A stretch of DNA of 64,000 bases, from assembly GCA_015522145.1 (NCBI GenBank), contig WAMV01000007.1:1-64000 (forward strand). Direction: 5' to 3'. Source of the DNA: Candidatus Aenigmatarchaeota archaeon. Its GTDB lineage: Archaea; Aenigmatarchaeota; Aenigmatarchaeia; CG10238-14; WAMV01. The notes under the pieces were generated by a model that searched no databases, was not told where the DNA came from, and was given only the letters and a program-made list of their open reading frames with translations. A program made the translations under genes and the position numbers. Below, piece after piece: positions 49,112 through 58,390 of the stretch. Each line of letters starts with the position of its first letter. Positions within the stretch are counted from its first letter, which is position 1.

Positions 49112-49801
49112 ATGTTCAACAAACACAACTTGTTAAAAATATTATTTGTAACCATATTACTAATGGTTTTTCCTTTGTACGTCCAGAATGCTATATGGTT
49201 ATGGCAAAACACAGATTTGCTGATAGTGAATAACTGGCTTCTTGTTGTTTTTTACGTTTTTCTATTTTTGTTAATATTGATGTTTTTAAGACCGGATAAA
49301 AATAAGGGCATGTGGAAAAAGGTCAAGGGAGTTTATGTTGCCTACATAGTTGCTTTGTTTACAGAAATGTTTGGAATACCTCTAACTTTATACTTCTTTT
49401 CTTTTTCTTTCGCGAATTTTGAGCCTGTTGAAACTCTGTTTGCGTTAGAGTTTGAATTTATGGGTAGTAAGATGAGATTATTAGCAACCAGTGCCATAGC
49501 TGGTGTAATTAGCTTGCTATCTGCTATAATCATAGCTATTGCATGGAAGCAAATTTATAACGCTAAAGGAAAGTTAGTTACTGATGGTATTTACCGATTT
49601 TCCAGACATCCTCAATACTTCGCTCTTATTCTAATCATTGCCTTCTGGACAATGGCATGGCCGACTGTTTTAACTATAACCTTGGGTACGATTTTGATTG
49701 TAAGCTATGTATGGTTAGCAAAGCAAGAAGAAAAGGAGCTTGAAAAGATTTTTGGTAAGAAATATTTAAGGTATAAAAAAACTGTTCCAATGTTTATTTA
49801 A
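49112..49801 (+). CDS. Isoprenylcysteine carboxylmethyltransferase-family membrane protein
   Basis: ALFTEMFGIPLT, LVTDGIY...RHPQY, EEKEL...FG..Y. Confidence 0.88.
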   Translation: MFNKHNLLKILFVTILLMVFPLYVQNAIWLWQNTDLLIVNNWLLVVFYVFLFLLILMFLRPDKNKGMWKKVKGVYVAYIVALFTEMFGIPLTLYFFSFSFANFEPVETLFALEFEFMGSKMRLLATSAIAGVISLLSAIIIAIAWKQIYNAKGKLVTDGIYRFSRHPQYFALILIIAFWTMAWPTVLTITLGTILIVSYVWLAKQEEKELEKIFGKKYLRYKKTVPMFI

Positions 49802-49937
49802 TGGCATGCTTTATTATCTCTAAATTGCAGGAATTGTGTTCTCTACACCATTCTTCACATTTCTGAGCTAACTCAAAAGATTTATATTTATTAGAACATT
49901 CTTCACAAACAAATATGCCATTTATCTCCTTGACCGT
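49794..49937 (-). CDS. 47-aa Cys-rich protein, apparent ACG start (or pseudogene)
   Basis: (ACG)VKEINGIFVCEECSNKYKSFELAQKCEEWCREHNSCNLEIIKHAIK; GAGGAGG upstream. Confidence 0.65.
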   Translation of the reverse strand, partial: TVKEINGIFVCEECSNKYKSFELAQKCEEWCREHNSCNLEIIKHAIK

Positions 49938-50431
49938 TTTATCCTCCTCTTTCTCCTAACCACCTTAGTTGTTCTAGCAGGCTTGGAACTGCTCATTGCA
50001 ACAATTAGTATGAGGAGTAATAAAAATAAGAAGAAAAACATTCCAAAATACCAGAATCCCATACCCCAGCCCCAATATGGATACATCATCATACCACCCA
50101 TCATGCCATAAGTTCCATAGTTGTTTACTCCTTCAAAAGTATATTGATTTTCCCCACAATATATTCTCCTAGCCATCAGTATATGCATTTGTCTTAAGCT
50201 TTCAGAGCCTTCGCCTCCCATCATCTGATCCATTATTTCATGAGCTTGGCCGGGATGCATTAATTCCATGTAATAATCGCCTATAGCCTCAAGCTGCTCA
50301 TCTGTAAGCTGAGAGCAGGGTACTTGCTGATTTATTATTTGTTCTATCTCAGTTACGTTCGCATCCGTATGAGCAAAAACACTAGGTAGAATAGTTAAAA
50401 GTACCACCAATGTTATTGCGATTCTTTTCAT
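49922..50431 (-). CDS. Met/His-rich membrane protein, likely metal-binding
   Basis: Signal peptide then AH, MELMHPG.AHE.MDQMMGG, MMGGMMM, C-terminal TM. Confidence 0.75.
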   Translation of the reverse strand: MKRIAITLVVLLTILPSVFAHTDANVTEIEQIINQQVPCSQLTDEQLEAIGDYYMELMHPGQAHEIMDQMMGGEGSESLRQMHILMARRIYCGENQYTFEGVNNYGTYGMMGGMMMYPYWGWGMGFWYFGMFFFLFLLLLILIVAMSSSKPARTTKVVRRKRRIKRSRR

Positions 50432-50463
50432 TTTAACATCACCTTGATGCTTAATACTTTATT

Positions 50464-50928
50464 TTAGGCCCTTATAAAGGTAAATATGTTGCTGCCATCA
50501 TAAGCATATATGGTAAACAAAGAGGTTTTAATTCCGGACATTCCTGGTGAGCCAGGAGGCATTCCAGGCAATGCTATTCCTTTTATGTTTGGTTTTTCCT
50601 CAAGTAATTTATTTATGGCTTCTATAGGCACATGACCCTCAACAAAATAATTGCCTATTTTAACAGTGTGACATGACCAAAGATTTTGGGGAATTCCTAG
50701 TTCTGTTTTTATTTGGACTAGTTGTGCTTCATTAACCTCTACAGAGTTTACTTGCAATCCAAAACCTCTTAAATAATTTTCATAAAGCTTGCAACATCCA
50801 CATGTTGGCGAATAATATATCGTAATCGTATCAGAATAATTTGCTACAGGTCTAAAGAATTGAAATGAAAACATTACAGCCAAAAATATCAAGATTCCTA
50901 ATGCTGCATATAGGGTTTTGTCTTTCAT
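50464..50928 (-). CDS. DUF411/CopG-like metal-binding protein
   Basis: SPTCGCC, SCHT, EGHVP, LPGMPPGSPGM. Confidence 0.9.
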   Translation of the reverse strand: MKDKTLYAALGILIFLAVMFSFQFFRPVANYSDTITIYYSPTCGCCKLYENYLRGFGLQVNSVEVNEAQLVQIKTELGIPQNLWSCHTVKIGNYFVEGHVPIEAINKLLEEKPNIKGIALPGMPPGSPGMSGIKTSLFTIYAYDGSNIFTFIRA

Positions 50929-51401
50929 TCTTTACAGCACTCCAGCATCTTTTTCAGTATTTTTACAAAATTTCTGTTTGAAAATCCTATTTTTTCTGAT
51001 TTAAATTTCTTCAGGTTTAACTGCCAAAACAATGAATAAAGGTAAAATGCGTCCTCAAAAGCCTCTTTGGCCATTTTCTCATTTCCTTTGGAAAGGTACT
51101 TGTTACCTGTTTCTATTAGACGCATAGATGCTGCTAAAAGATGTTTAGAAATACACCAAACCTCGCCTTCTGGATCTTTTACTATTTCTTTCATAAACTT
51201 CTTTCTTATCTTTCTAACATTTTCTATAAGGTCTAAGTAAATTTTCTTATTTGTTTTTATGGCGGTAAAGAAAAGATGTTCCTCTATAGATATCAAATTC
51301 ATTAACCCAATGCTTAAGTCTTCTTCTAGCGATAGGTCTTTCATCTCTTTCATTTTGTTAACTTTTTCAAGCAATTCCTTAGCGTTTTTAGCTCTTTTCA
51401 T
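50925..51401 (-). CDS. Hypothetical helical protein
   Basis: NLISIEEH, WCISKHLL, C-terminal CCKE; coupled within the operon. Confidence 0.7.
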   Translation of the reverse strand: MKRAKNAKELLEKVNKMKEMKDLSLEEDLSIGLMNLISIEEHLFFTAIKTNKKIYLDLIENVRKIRKKFMKEIVKDPEGEVWCISKHLLAASMRLIETGNKYLSKGNEKMAKEAFEDAFYLYSLFWQLNLKKFKSEKIGFSNRNFVKILKKMLECCKE

Positions 51402-51404
51402 TTT

Positions 51405-51875
51405 TCACCACCAAAACAAAAACAATATGCTAACCAAGGTTAGTGTTAAAAGTGTTATAACAATAGATTGGTAGCCTATTTTTTTGGGAAGTGATTTTGC
51501 AACATTAAGCACTAATAAAGTTAGAATAGCACCTATCAGGATGGATAAAGTAAGCCTGTCTATCCCAAAAATCATATGATAAGAAACTATACCCGCATAA
51601 TAGAATGGAATTATTGTCAAGCCCAAAGCTAGGAAAACTAATAAAACTGTTAATCCTGGATTTTCGTTTTTGTTTATTACTCTGTCCATCCATAATGCCG
51701 TTGAAATTATAAAAGCTCCTAACCACAAACCAACTATAGAATCATTAACACCATAAAATCTTGCAACCATTACAGCTGTGCCAGTAGCAGCTGTGCACAA
51801 TGGACAGTGAGCTAAGCTTGGTTGAGCTAAAAGCGTGCTCATCATTATTGCAAAAACAATTAAAGCAATTTTCAT
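51405..51875 (-). CDS. Membrane protein with HCPLC motif
   Basis: Signal peptide then AHCPLC, four TMs; ATG 51875. Confidence 0.7.
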   Translation of the reverse strand: MKIALIVFAIMMSTLLAQPSLAHCPLCTAATGTAVMVARFYGVNDSIVGLWLGAFIISTALWMDRVINKNENPGLTVLLVFLALGLTIIPFYYAGIVSYHMIFGIDRLTLSILIGAILTLLVLNVAKSLPKKIGYQSIVITLLTLTLVSILFLFWW

Positions 51876-51885
51876 GATAAAAAAG

Positions 51886-51929
51886 TGGTGTGAAACAACT
51901 TTTAAGGGTTGGTGTGAAACTAGTTTCAC
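51886..51929. promoter_or_regulatory. Candidate operator: direct repeat plus perfect palindrome around a TATA-like box
   Basis: TGGTGTGAAAC at 51886 and 51910; GTGAAACTAGTTTCAC at 51914-51929. Confidence 0.6.
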
Positions 51930-52381
51930 TTGGCTATTATTAGATTTGTCATACCTCTCCTTTTTCTTTCTATGAGGCCTTTTGCTTCCAAGCTGTCAAG
52001 GATTCTGGTAACTTTAGATTTGGAAAACCCTGTTTCTTTTATAATTTCGGATTGAAAAATTGCATTGCCAGACTTTTTTATTAGCCCAAAAACCTTTTTC
52101 TCATCTGGATTGAGCTTTGCTAGCTGCTTCTTCAGCTTTAAGGAAGGTGAGGTAAGAAGCAAATAAAAGCCTAAAGCTCCCAAAAGTGTGGAGATTGTTA
52201 TACCTAAGTAAGTTTGTGGTGGAATGTAATCTTCATGAGGACAAGCACTTGCATTTGCATTGCAAACATCTTCACAAATTTGAGAGGAGTAATAAACAAT
52301 GCTACTGGTTGTAACATAAGTAAAGTAAAGAGTTATTAGGGCCATTACCATTAAAGTGTAGCCCAAAATTGTGTTTTTCAT
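51926..52381 (-). CDS. Membrane-anchored winged-HTH (MarR-like) regulator
   Basis: Two TMs flanking a C..C...CPH loop; FQSEI..TGFSKSKVTRILD.LE.KGLIER.R.GM.N. Confidence 0.85.
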   Translation of the reverse strand: MKNTILGYTLMVMALITLYFTYVTTSSIVYYSSQICEDVCNANASACPHEDYIPPQTYLGITISTLLGALGFYLLLTSPSLKLKKQLAKLNPDEKKVFGLIKKSGNAIFQSEIIKETGFSKSKVTRILDSLEAKGLIERKRRGMTNLIIAK

Positions 52382-52403
52382 AATGTGTATTTTAAGGTTT
52401 GAT

Positions 52404-52727
52404 TTAAATTTTTTTCCAAACTGCTACTATTCCAGCTATTAAGAATGTGATAGCTAAAGGAAGAATGATGAAGCCTGTGAATGGAGAAATTATTAGGAGG
52501 AATAAGGCGTAGATTAGTGTTATAGCTCCAACTACCCTCATCCACTTCTGCAAATAAAGCAAAACAACAAAAATTATGCCTATGCCTGTAAACAAATAGC
52601 TTATTAGCGCAATACCAGCAAAAATAACACCTATTAAGCCTAGATCCTTAAAAGCAAAGAAAAAGGTTGAAAGCGCTAATTGAATTATTATTCCTATAGC
52701 AGCTATTATCCAGCTGCCTTTTTTCAT
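52404..52727 (-). CDS. Small hydrophobic membrane protein
   Basis: 107 aa, 3-4 TMs. Confidence 0.6.
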   Translation of the reverse strand: MKKGSWIIAAIGIIIQLALSTFFFAFKDLGLIGVIFAGIALISYLFTGIGIIFVVLLYLQKWMRVVGAITLIYALFLLIISPFTGFIILPLAITFLIAGIVAVWKKI

Positions 52728-52812
52728 TAAAGGAAATTTAAAATTGGGGTATATTTAACTTTTACGGAAATTTTTATATCTTGCTAATTTGCCTATTAAA
52801 TAAGGTGAAACT

Positions 52813-53397
52813 GTGAAAAGATTTGAATTGCCTCCTTTGCCTTATAGCTACGACGCTTTGGAACCAGTAATATCTAGAAAAATAATGGAATTACATCATG
52901 ACAAGCATCATGCAGCATACGTTAAAGGAGCTAATGTAGCCCTAGAAAAATTGGAAAAGGCTAGAAAAGGAGAAATGGAGATTAATGTAAGAGAGGTACT
53001 AAGAGATCTAAGCTTCAACCTAAATGGTCATATACTACATTCAATATTCTGGAACAATATGCGTCCTCCACAAGAAAACAACAGGCCTGGTGGTGAAATA
53101 GAAGACCTAATAGTAAAGAATTTTGGCTCATTCGAAGCTTTCCAACAAGAATTTAGCAAAGCTGCTACAAGCGTAGAAGGTGTGGGCTGGACAATACTAG
53201 CTAAAGATGAAGAAAATAATCTGTACGTAGTACAAATAGAGAAACATAATTTAATGCACATAGCTGGCTTGAAGCCAATACTGGTAATAGACGTTTGGGA
53301 ACATGCATACTACCTAGATTACTTGAACAAAAGAGCAGAGTACGTAAACAATTGGTGGCAAGTGGTTAACTGGGATGATGTAGAGAAAAGGCTTTAG
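52813..53397 (+). CDS. sod: Fe/Mn superoxide dismutase
   Basis: LPY..DALEP, HHDKHH, NGHILHSIFW, DVWEHAYY; GTG start after GGTGA. Confidence 0.97.
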   Translation: MKRFELPPLPYSYDALEPVISRKIMELHHDKHHAAYVKGANVALEKLEKARKGEMEINVREVLRDLSFNLNGHILHSIFWNNMRPPQENNRPGGEIEDLIVKNFGSFEAFQQEFSKAATSVEGVGWTILAKDEENNLYVVQIEKHNLMHIAGLKPILVIDVWEHAYYLDYLNKRAEYVNNWWQVVNWDDVEKRL

Positions 53398-53403
53398 CCC
53401 TTT

Positions 53404-54249
53404 TTATTTTTTGAATTTGTAGCCTAGCTTTTCAAAGATTTTTTTCATTTTTATGCTGTCTTTTTCAAGTATAGGAGTTTCTGAAATAATGGTTATGTTA
53501 ACTTTTCTTTTCAAAATTTCTTTAGCCAAAGGTTCAAATTTTGGATGGGAATTCATTGGCTCATGAATATCAACAAATTGTTTTTTGTTCAAATTATACC
53601 TCACGTTTGTGAAATGAGTGTGTATATGCTTAAGTTTTAACTTCTTTAGCTTATCGAAAATTTCTCCATAATTTATTTTGCCATTACCTAAGCAGTACAT
53701 ATGGCCCCAATCAACACACACAGTTAGTTGTTTATGATCAATCTCTCTAACAAATTTTATTAGAGTATCTAAATCTGCAAACTGACTTTGTTTGGCCATT
53801 GTCTCCAAGGCTATTTGTGTATTAACAATTTTCTTTTTTTCCATTTCTTCAAGAATTTTTTCTATCTGTTGTTTGACTATTTCATAAGTCTTTTCTCTAT
53901 CGTTTTTTAGGTAATAGGCTGTATGTACAACAACAGGGCTTGCGTTCATAACTTCTCCTATCTTAGCGGATGCTAAAATGAATTGGATACTTTTTTTAAT
54001 AACTTCTTTTTTCTCTGAAGCCAAATTGATGTAGTATGGGGCATGAATAGAGAGTTTTATGTCTAGCTCTTCAGCAAGCCTGCCCAGTTTTTTCGCTTTA
54101 TCTTCTTTCAGGTAAATGCTTCTAACAAACTCTATTTCTTGTGCGTTTAAGCCAAGTTCAACTATTCTTTCAAAAGAAGCCTCTGTACCTGGTTTTTTAG
54201 CTGTAATACAATTGCCAGCTGGCCCAAGCCTTATTTCAAATTTAGTCAT
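53404..54249 (-). CDS. Endonuclease IV-like TIM-barrel protein
   Basis: SIHAPYYINL, VVH, LETM, DWGH, H.HF, ISETP. Confidence 0.88.
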   Translation of the reverse strand: MTKFEIRLGPAGNCITAKKPGTEASFERIVELGLNAQEIEFVRSIYLKEDKAKKLGRLAEELDIKLSIHAPYYINLASEKKEVIKKSIQFILASAKIGEVMNASPVVVHTAYYLKNDREKTYEIVKQQIEKILEEMEKKKIVNTQIALETMAKQSQFADLDTLIKFVREIDHKQLTVCVDWGHMYCLGNGKINYGEIFDKLKKLKLKHIHTHFTNVRYNLNKKQFVDIHEPMNSHPKFEPLAKEILKRKVNITIISETPILEKDSIKMKKIFEKLGYKFKK

Positions 54250-54282
54250 AATTTAATAATCATTAGTTAAAAAAATAATTTA

Positions 54283-56454
54283 ATGAGATTGTTGGGAATT
54301 ATTCTGATTTTGATTTCTACAGGATTGTTTTTAGTTAATGCTGCAAGTTTTAACGCAAACGTCAGTCCTAGCAGTATAGAAGCAGACCAATCAGAAATTT
54401 TCAATTTTACTGTAACAAACACAAATACATTAAACATAACTAAAGTAGAAATAAAGTTACCAACTTACATAGATTATGTAGGCTCGCAGGGAAACTCTAA
54501 AGGAGCAACTTTTTCTTACGAGTCTAGTACAAAAACTTTGACATGGCAATCAAACAATCTAGTGCAACCTGGTGAAACAGTTTATTTTTGGTTTGAAGGA
54601 AAGGCGTTAGCTTATTCTGGAAGTCAAGACTTTCTTTTAATAACAACGGATGAAAACGCAACAACATCCAACACAACGCTTACCATAACTATAACTGATA
54701 CAACGCCTCCAAGCTGGAGCAATGTTGCTTCTTATCCTTCATCACCAAAAAAATATGATGAAACTTCTGTTTATTTCAATGTTACTTGGAATGATAACGT
54801 TAATGTAAGTGAAGTAGTGTTTGAAACGAATGTAACTGGAAGTGCTCAAAATCAAACAGCTAACAAAAACAATAATGTTTATTACATTAAAATTTCAAAC
54901 CTTACTCCCGGAACCTATTACTGGATTAGTTATGCAAGAGATAGTAGTGGAAACTGGAACAAAACTAATAAAATCATTTATGTGGTGGAAAAAGGTAATA
55001 ACATAGTAGAGATTTACGTAAATGGCCAACCAGTAAACCAGAAAATTAAAGTAAGCAATGAGTCGAAGATAAACATAACTGGTTTCGGTAAAGGCAATGT
55101 TTTTATTTATTTAAATAATGTTCAGGTAGCTTCTGGAACAGATAAAGCTACTTACAACGATTATCTAAGCGTGAATAATTATACTGTTAAAGTTAACGCT
55201 AGTGGAAATAGCTTATACGTTTCCAACGCTAGTGGAAAAAGCATTACTCTACAAGTCAGCTATCCTGCCCCATACGTCGTCAGCGTAAATACGGACATAC
55301 CTAGCTATTATGAAAACAGGAGCTCTGTTTTTGAGGTTGTATGGGGAGATTATTATGATCCTGACGTGTTTAGTGTTAGTTATATTGAGGCTAACTTTTC
55401 TGGGTCAGCTAAAAATTACACAATGAATAAAGATGGTAATAAAAGTACATATTCGATAGTTTTAGATGCTGGTAGCTACTACTGGAGAGCTTATGCTAAA
55501 AACAAATTTGGAGAATGGGGTAAAACTCAGAAATATTACTTTACCATAAAAAAAGCTTCGCCAAATTTGGCCATATCTGTCTTTCCTAAATCAATTGTTT
55601 ACGAAGGCACACAATTAACTGTTGTCTGCTTGGGGGAAGGCAGTCTAATATTGAAACTTTACAGAAACGGAACTTTAGTGGATAACCCAGATTATGCTAA
55701 TTTGAGCTATGGTACTTACCTTTACACATGTGAAACTTCGGGAAACAAGAATTACAATGCAGAAAATGTTAGCAAAATAGTCCAAGTTTTAAGATATACG
55801 GCCAAGCTTGATATAACTAAGTATCCAGAAAAGATAATAGCAGAAAAGAATGAAACTGTGAGTTTTGAAGTAGAAGTTCAAAATTCAGGAGAAAAGCCTC
55901 AACTTGTCAGTGTTGTGGTAGAAGGAATAGATGATTATGATATTTCAAGAAAATCTGTAAGGTTGGAGTATAAAGACAAGGCCAGATTTGAAATCAAAAT
56001 TAATACCACAACACTAAATATTGGTGAATATAGTTTGGTTATTAAAGCAGTGGGTAACGAATCGGAAGATTCAGCTAGCGTTACGCTTGTTATCTTGTTG
56101 CCGGAGTATCAGCTAAGAGCTTATAATCAGACTCTAACGAATCTTAGTAAAACTCTTGAGACTCTGGAAAATAAAGCTAAAGAATTTAACAATGAAAATC
56201 TTACTTTGCTTATCAATCAAACAAAAAACTTGATTGAATTGGGCAACTCTTATATTAACAGTGAGAAGCATGATAAACTGGTTGAGTTAGTAAATAAGGT
56301 TAAAAGCAACGTTGAAAAAATCGATAACTTAATTAATGATATGGAAAGAGCTAAGCAAACTGAAAGATTCAGAAGAATTATTACCTATGTTGCAATAGTT
56401 GTAGTAGCTATTGTGACCATGTTCTTCATTTATTTGCTTTGGCCTACGCCTTAA
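54283..56454 (+). CDS. Large surface protein with Ig-like repeats and C-terminal membrane anchor
   Basis: Signal peptide, N/T/S-rich beta domains, coiled coil, C-terminal TM. Confidence 0.8.
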   Translation: MRLLGIILILISTGLFLVNAASFNANVSPSSIEADQSEIFNFTVTNTNTLNITKVEIKLPTYIDYVGSQGNSKGATFSYESSTKTLTWQSNNLVQPGETVYFWFEGKALAYSGSQDFLLITTDENATTSNTTLTITITDTTPPSWSNVASYPSSPKKYDETSVYFNVTWNDNVNVSEVVFETNVTGSAQNQTANKNNNVYYIKISNLTPGTYYWISYARDSSGNWNKTNKIIYVVEKGNNIVEIYVNGQPVNQKIKVSNESKINITGFGKGNVFIYLNNVQVASGTDKATYNDYLSVNNYTVKVNASGNSLYVSNASGKSITLQVSYPAPYVVSVNTDIPSYYENRSSVFEVVWGDYYDPDVFSVSYIEANFSGSAKNYTMNKDGNKSTYSIVLDAGSYYWRAYAKNKFGEWGKTQKYYFTIKKASPNLAISVFPKSIVYEGTQLTVVCLGEGSLILKLYRNGTLVDNPDYANLSYGTYLYTCETSGNKNYNAENVSKIVQVLRYTAKLDITKYPEKIIAEKNETVSFEVEVQNSGEKPQLVSVVVEGIDDYDISRKSVRLEYKDKARFEIKINTTTLNIGEYSLVIKAVGNESEDSASVTLVILLPEYQLRAYNQTLTNLSKTLETLENKAKEFNNENLTLLINQTKNLIELGNSYINSEKHDKLVELVNKVKSNVEKIDNLINDMERAKQTERFRRIITYVAIVVVAIVTMFFIYLLWPTP

Positions 56455-56611
56455 GCAAATCTTGTAAAGTTTTTATTTGTTTTTCTATTATTTCTATTTC
56501 CTTTTCTAAAAGTTCTTTTTCTTCTGGATCTGTTGTTATGCTTAACTTGCTTGCGATTTCCAGCTTTTTTTCTCTTAGCTTTTCTATCTCTTCCAAAATC
56601 CTATCTCTCAT
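56444..56611 (-). CDS. Small coiled-coil protein
   Basis: 55 aa from ATG 56611, E/K-rich heptads. Confidence 0.55.
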   Translation of the reverse strand: MRDRILEEIEKLREKKLEIASKLSITTDPEEKELLEKEIEIIEKQIKTLQDLLKA

Positions 56612-56644
56612 CGATATTAAATTGTGAAAAATGAATAAAAATAT

Positions 56645-58390
56645 ATGGCTGAAATTAGAGCTCCTATAATAGTAACGCTTGGTCACATAGATGCTGGAAA
56701 AACAACTTTGCTAGACGCTATAAGAGGTACATCTGTGGCTAAATCAGAAGCTGGAGGCATAACTCAACATGTTGGTGCTAGTTTTGTGCCCAGTGATATA
56801 ATAATAAAAATATGTAAACCTCTGTTAGAGAAATATAAAATTAAGTTGGAAATTCCTGGATTGCTTTTTATAGATACGCCCGGGCATCATGCATTTTTTA
56901 CGCTAAGAAAAAGGGGAGGGGCTGTAGCAGACCTAGCCATTCTAGTTGTAGATATTAACAAGGGTTTTGAGCAGCAAACAGATGAAAGTTTAGCCATATT
57001 AAAAGAATTTAAAGTTCCTTTTGTAGTTGCGGCAACAAAAATTGATAGAATACATGGCTGGTTCGCAACGAACACAACATCATTCTTGGAAAGCTTTGAA
57101 AGACAGAGAGATTTTGTAAAGGAAGAGTTGGAAGAAAAAGTTTATCAGCTAGTTGCTCAGTTTGCAGAAAGAGGGTTTAATGCTGAAAGGTTTGACAGAG
57201 TTGAAGACTTTACCAAGACGCTTGCTATAGTTCCCTGCTCAGGTGTTACAAAAGAGGGGGTGTCTGAGCTTTTAATGGTGCTCAGCGGGCTTGCACAAGT
57301 TTACTTGAAAGGCAAACTAGAACTTGGCAAAATAGCTAGAGGTAACATACTTGAGGTCAAAGAAATGACGGGTTTGGGTACAACTGTTGATGCTATCCTT
57401 TATGATGGTAAGATGAGAAGAGGTGATTTTATTGTTATAGGGGGTAAAGAACTTGTTGTTACTAAAATAAGAGCTTTGCTTCGTCCAAAGCCACTTAAAG
57501 AGTTAAGAACAGAAAGAAAGTTCGAAAGTGTAGAAGAGGTTAAGGCTGCTGCTGGAATAAAAATAGTTGCGCCTGAATTGGATAAGGTTGTAGCTGGCAG
57601 CCCATTCATTGCTGTTAAATCAGAAAAAGAAATAGATTGGGCCAAAGAAATTCTACAAAAAGAGGTTGAAGAAGTTGAAATAAGTAAAGAAACTGAGGGC
57701 ATTGCGTTAAAGGCAGACACGCTGGGTAGTTTAGAAGCATTGATAAAACTAGTTTCTGAGAAAAAATTCCCCATAAAACTGGCTAGCGTTGGTAGCATTA
57801 CCAAGAAAGATTTGGTTGAAATGGATACCGTAAAAGATGAAAAATTGAGAGTATTCCTTTGCTTTAACGTTAAAGTTTCTGAAGAGATTGAGAAGCTTGC
57901 CAAAGACCTGAACATAAAGATATTCAAAGGCAATATAATTTACAGACTTATCGAAGATTTTGAAAACTGGTATAAGGAGATGAAGCAGAACGAAATAAAA
58001 AGAAAGCTTGAATCTTTGGTGTGGCCTGGAAAAATAAAAATACTTCCTGGATTTGTGTTTAGGCAGAGTAAACCTGCTGTTGTGGGTATAGAAGTTTTAA
58101 TTGGAAAGATTAGACCTGGGGTTAAGCTTATGAGAAAAGACAGTAAAGAAGTTGGGGAAGTGTTGCAGATACAGAAAGAAGGTAGGAACGTTAAAGAAGC
58201 GTCTAAAGGGGATAAAGTTGCCATATCTATAGAAGGTGCTGTCATAGGCAGGAACGTTAAAGAAGGTGATACACTTTATACTGCTGTTCCCGACAAGCAT
58301 TATGAGGTTTGGATTAATGAGATGGGTTGGAATTTGAGCGAAGAGGAATTGGAGCTTTTAAAAGAAATTAAATCGATAAAAAGTGCTTAA
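56645..58390 (+). CDS. infB: Translation initiation factor aIF5B
   Basis: GHIDAGKT, GGITQHVGA, DTPGH, TKID, KADTLGSLEAL. Confidence 0.97.
   Translation: MAEIRAPIIVTLGHIDAGKTTLLDAIRGTSVAKSEAGGITQHVGASFVPSDIIIKICKPLLEKYKIKLEIPGLLFIDTPGHHAFFTLRKRGGAVADLAILVVDINKGFEQQTDESLAILKEFKVPFVVAATKIDRIHGWFATNTTSFLESFERQRDFVKEELEEKVYQLVAQFAERGFNAERFDRVEDFTKTLAIVPCSGVTKEGVSELLMVLSGLAQVYLKGKLELGKIARGNILEVKEMTGLGTTVDAILYDGKMRRGDFIVIGGKELVVTKIRALLRPKPLKELRTERKFESVEEVKAAAGIKIVAPELDKVVAGSPFIAVKSEKEIDWAKEILQKEVEEVEISKETEGIALKADTLGSLEALIKLVSEKKFPIKLASVGSITKKDLVEMDTVKDEKLRVFLCFNVKVSEEIEKLAKDLNIKIFKGNIIYRLIEDFENWYKEMKQNEIKRKLESLVWPGKIKILPGFVFRQSKPAVVGIEVLIGKIRPGVKLMRKDSKEVGEVLQIQKEGRNVKEASKGDKVAISIEGAVIGRNVKEGDTLYTAVPDKHYEVWINEMGWNLSEEELELLKEIKSIKSA

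Noticed and set aside
45600..52730. Integrated element at the tRNA-Ser 3' end
   Set aside because: No integrase or transposase and no repeat of the tRNA 3' end seen at the far side
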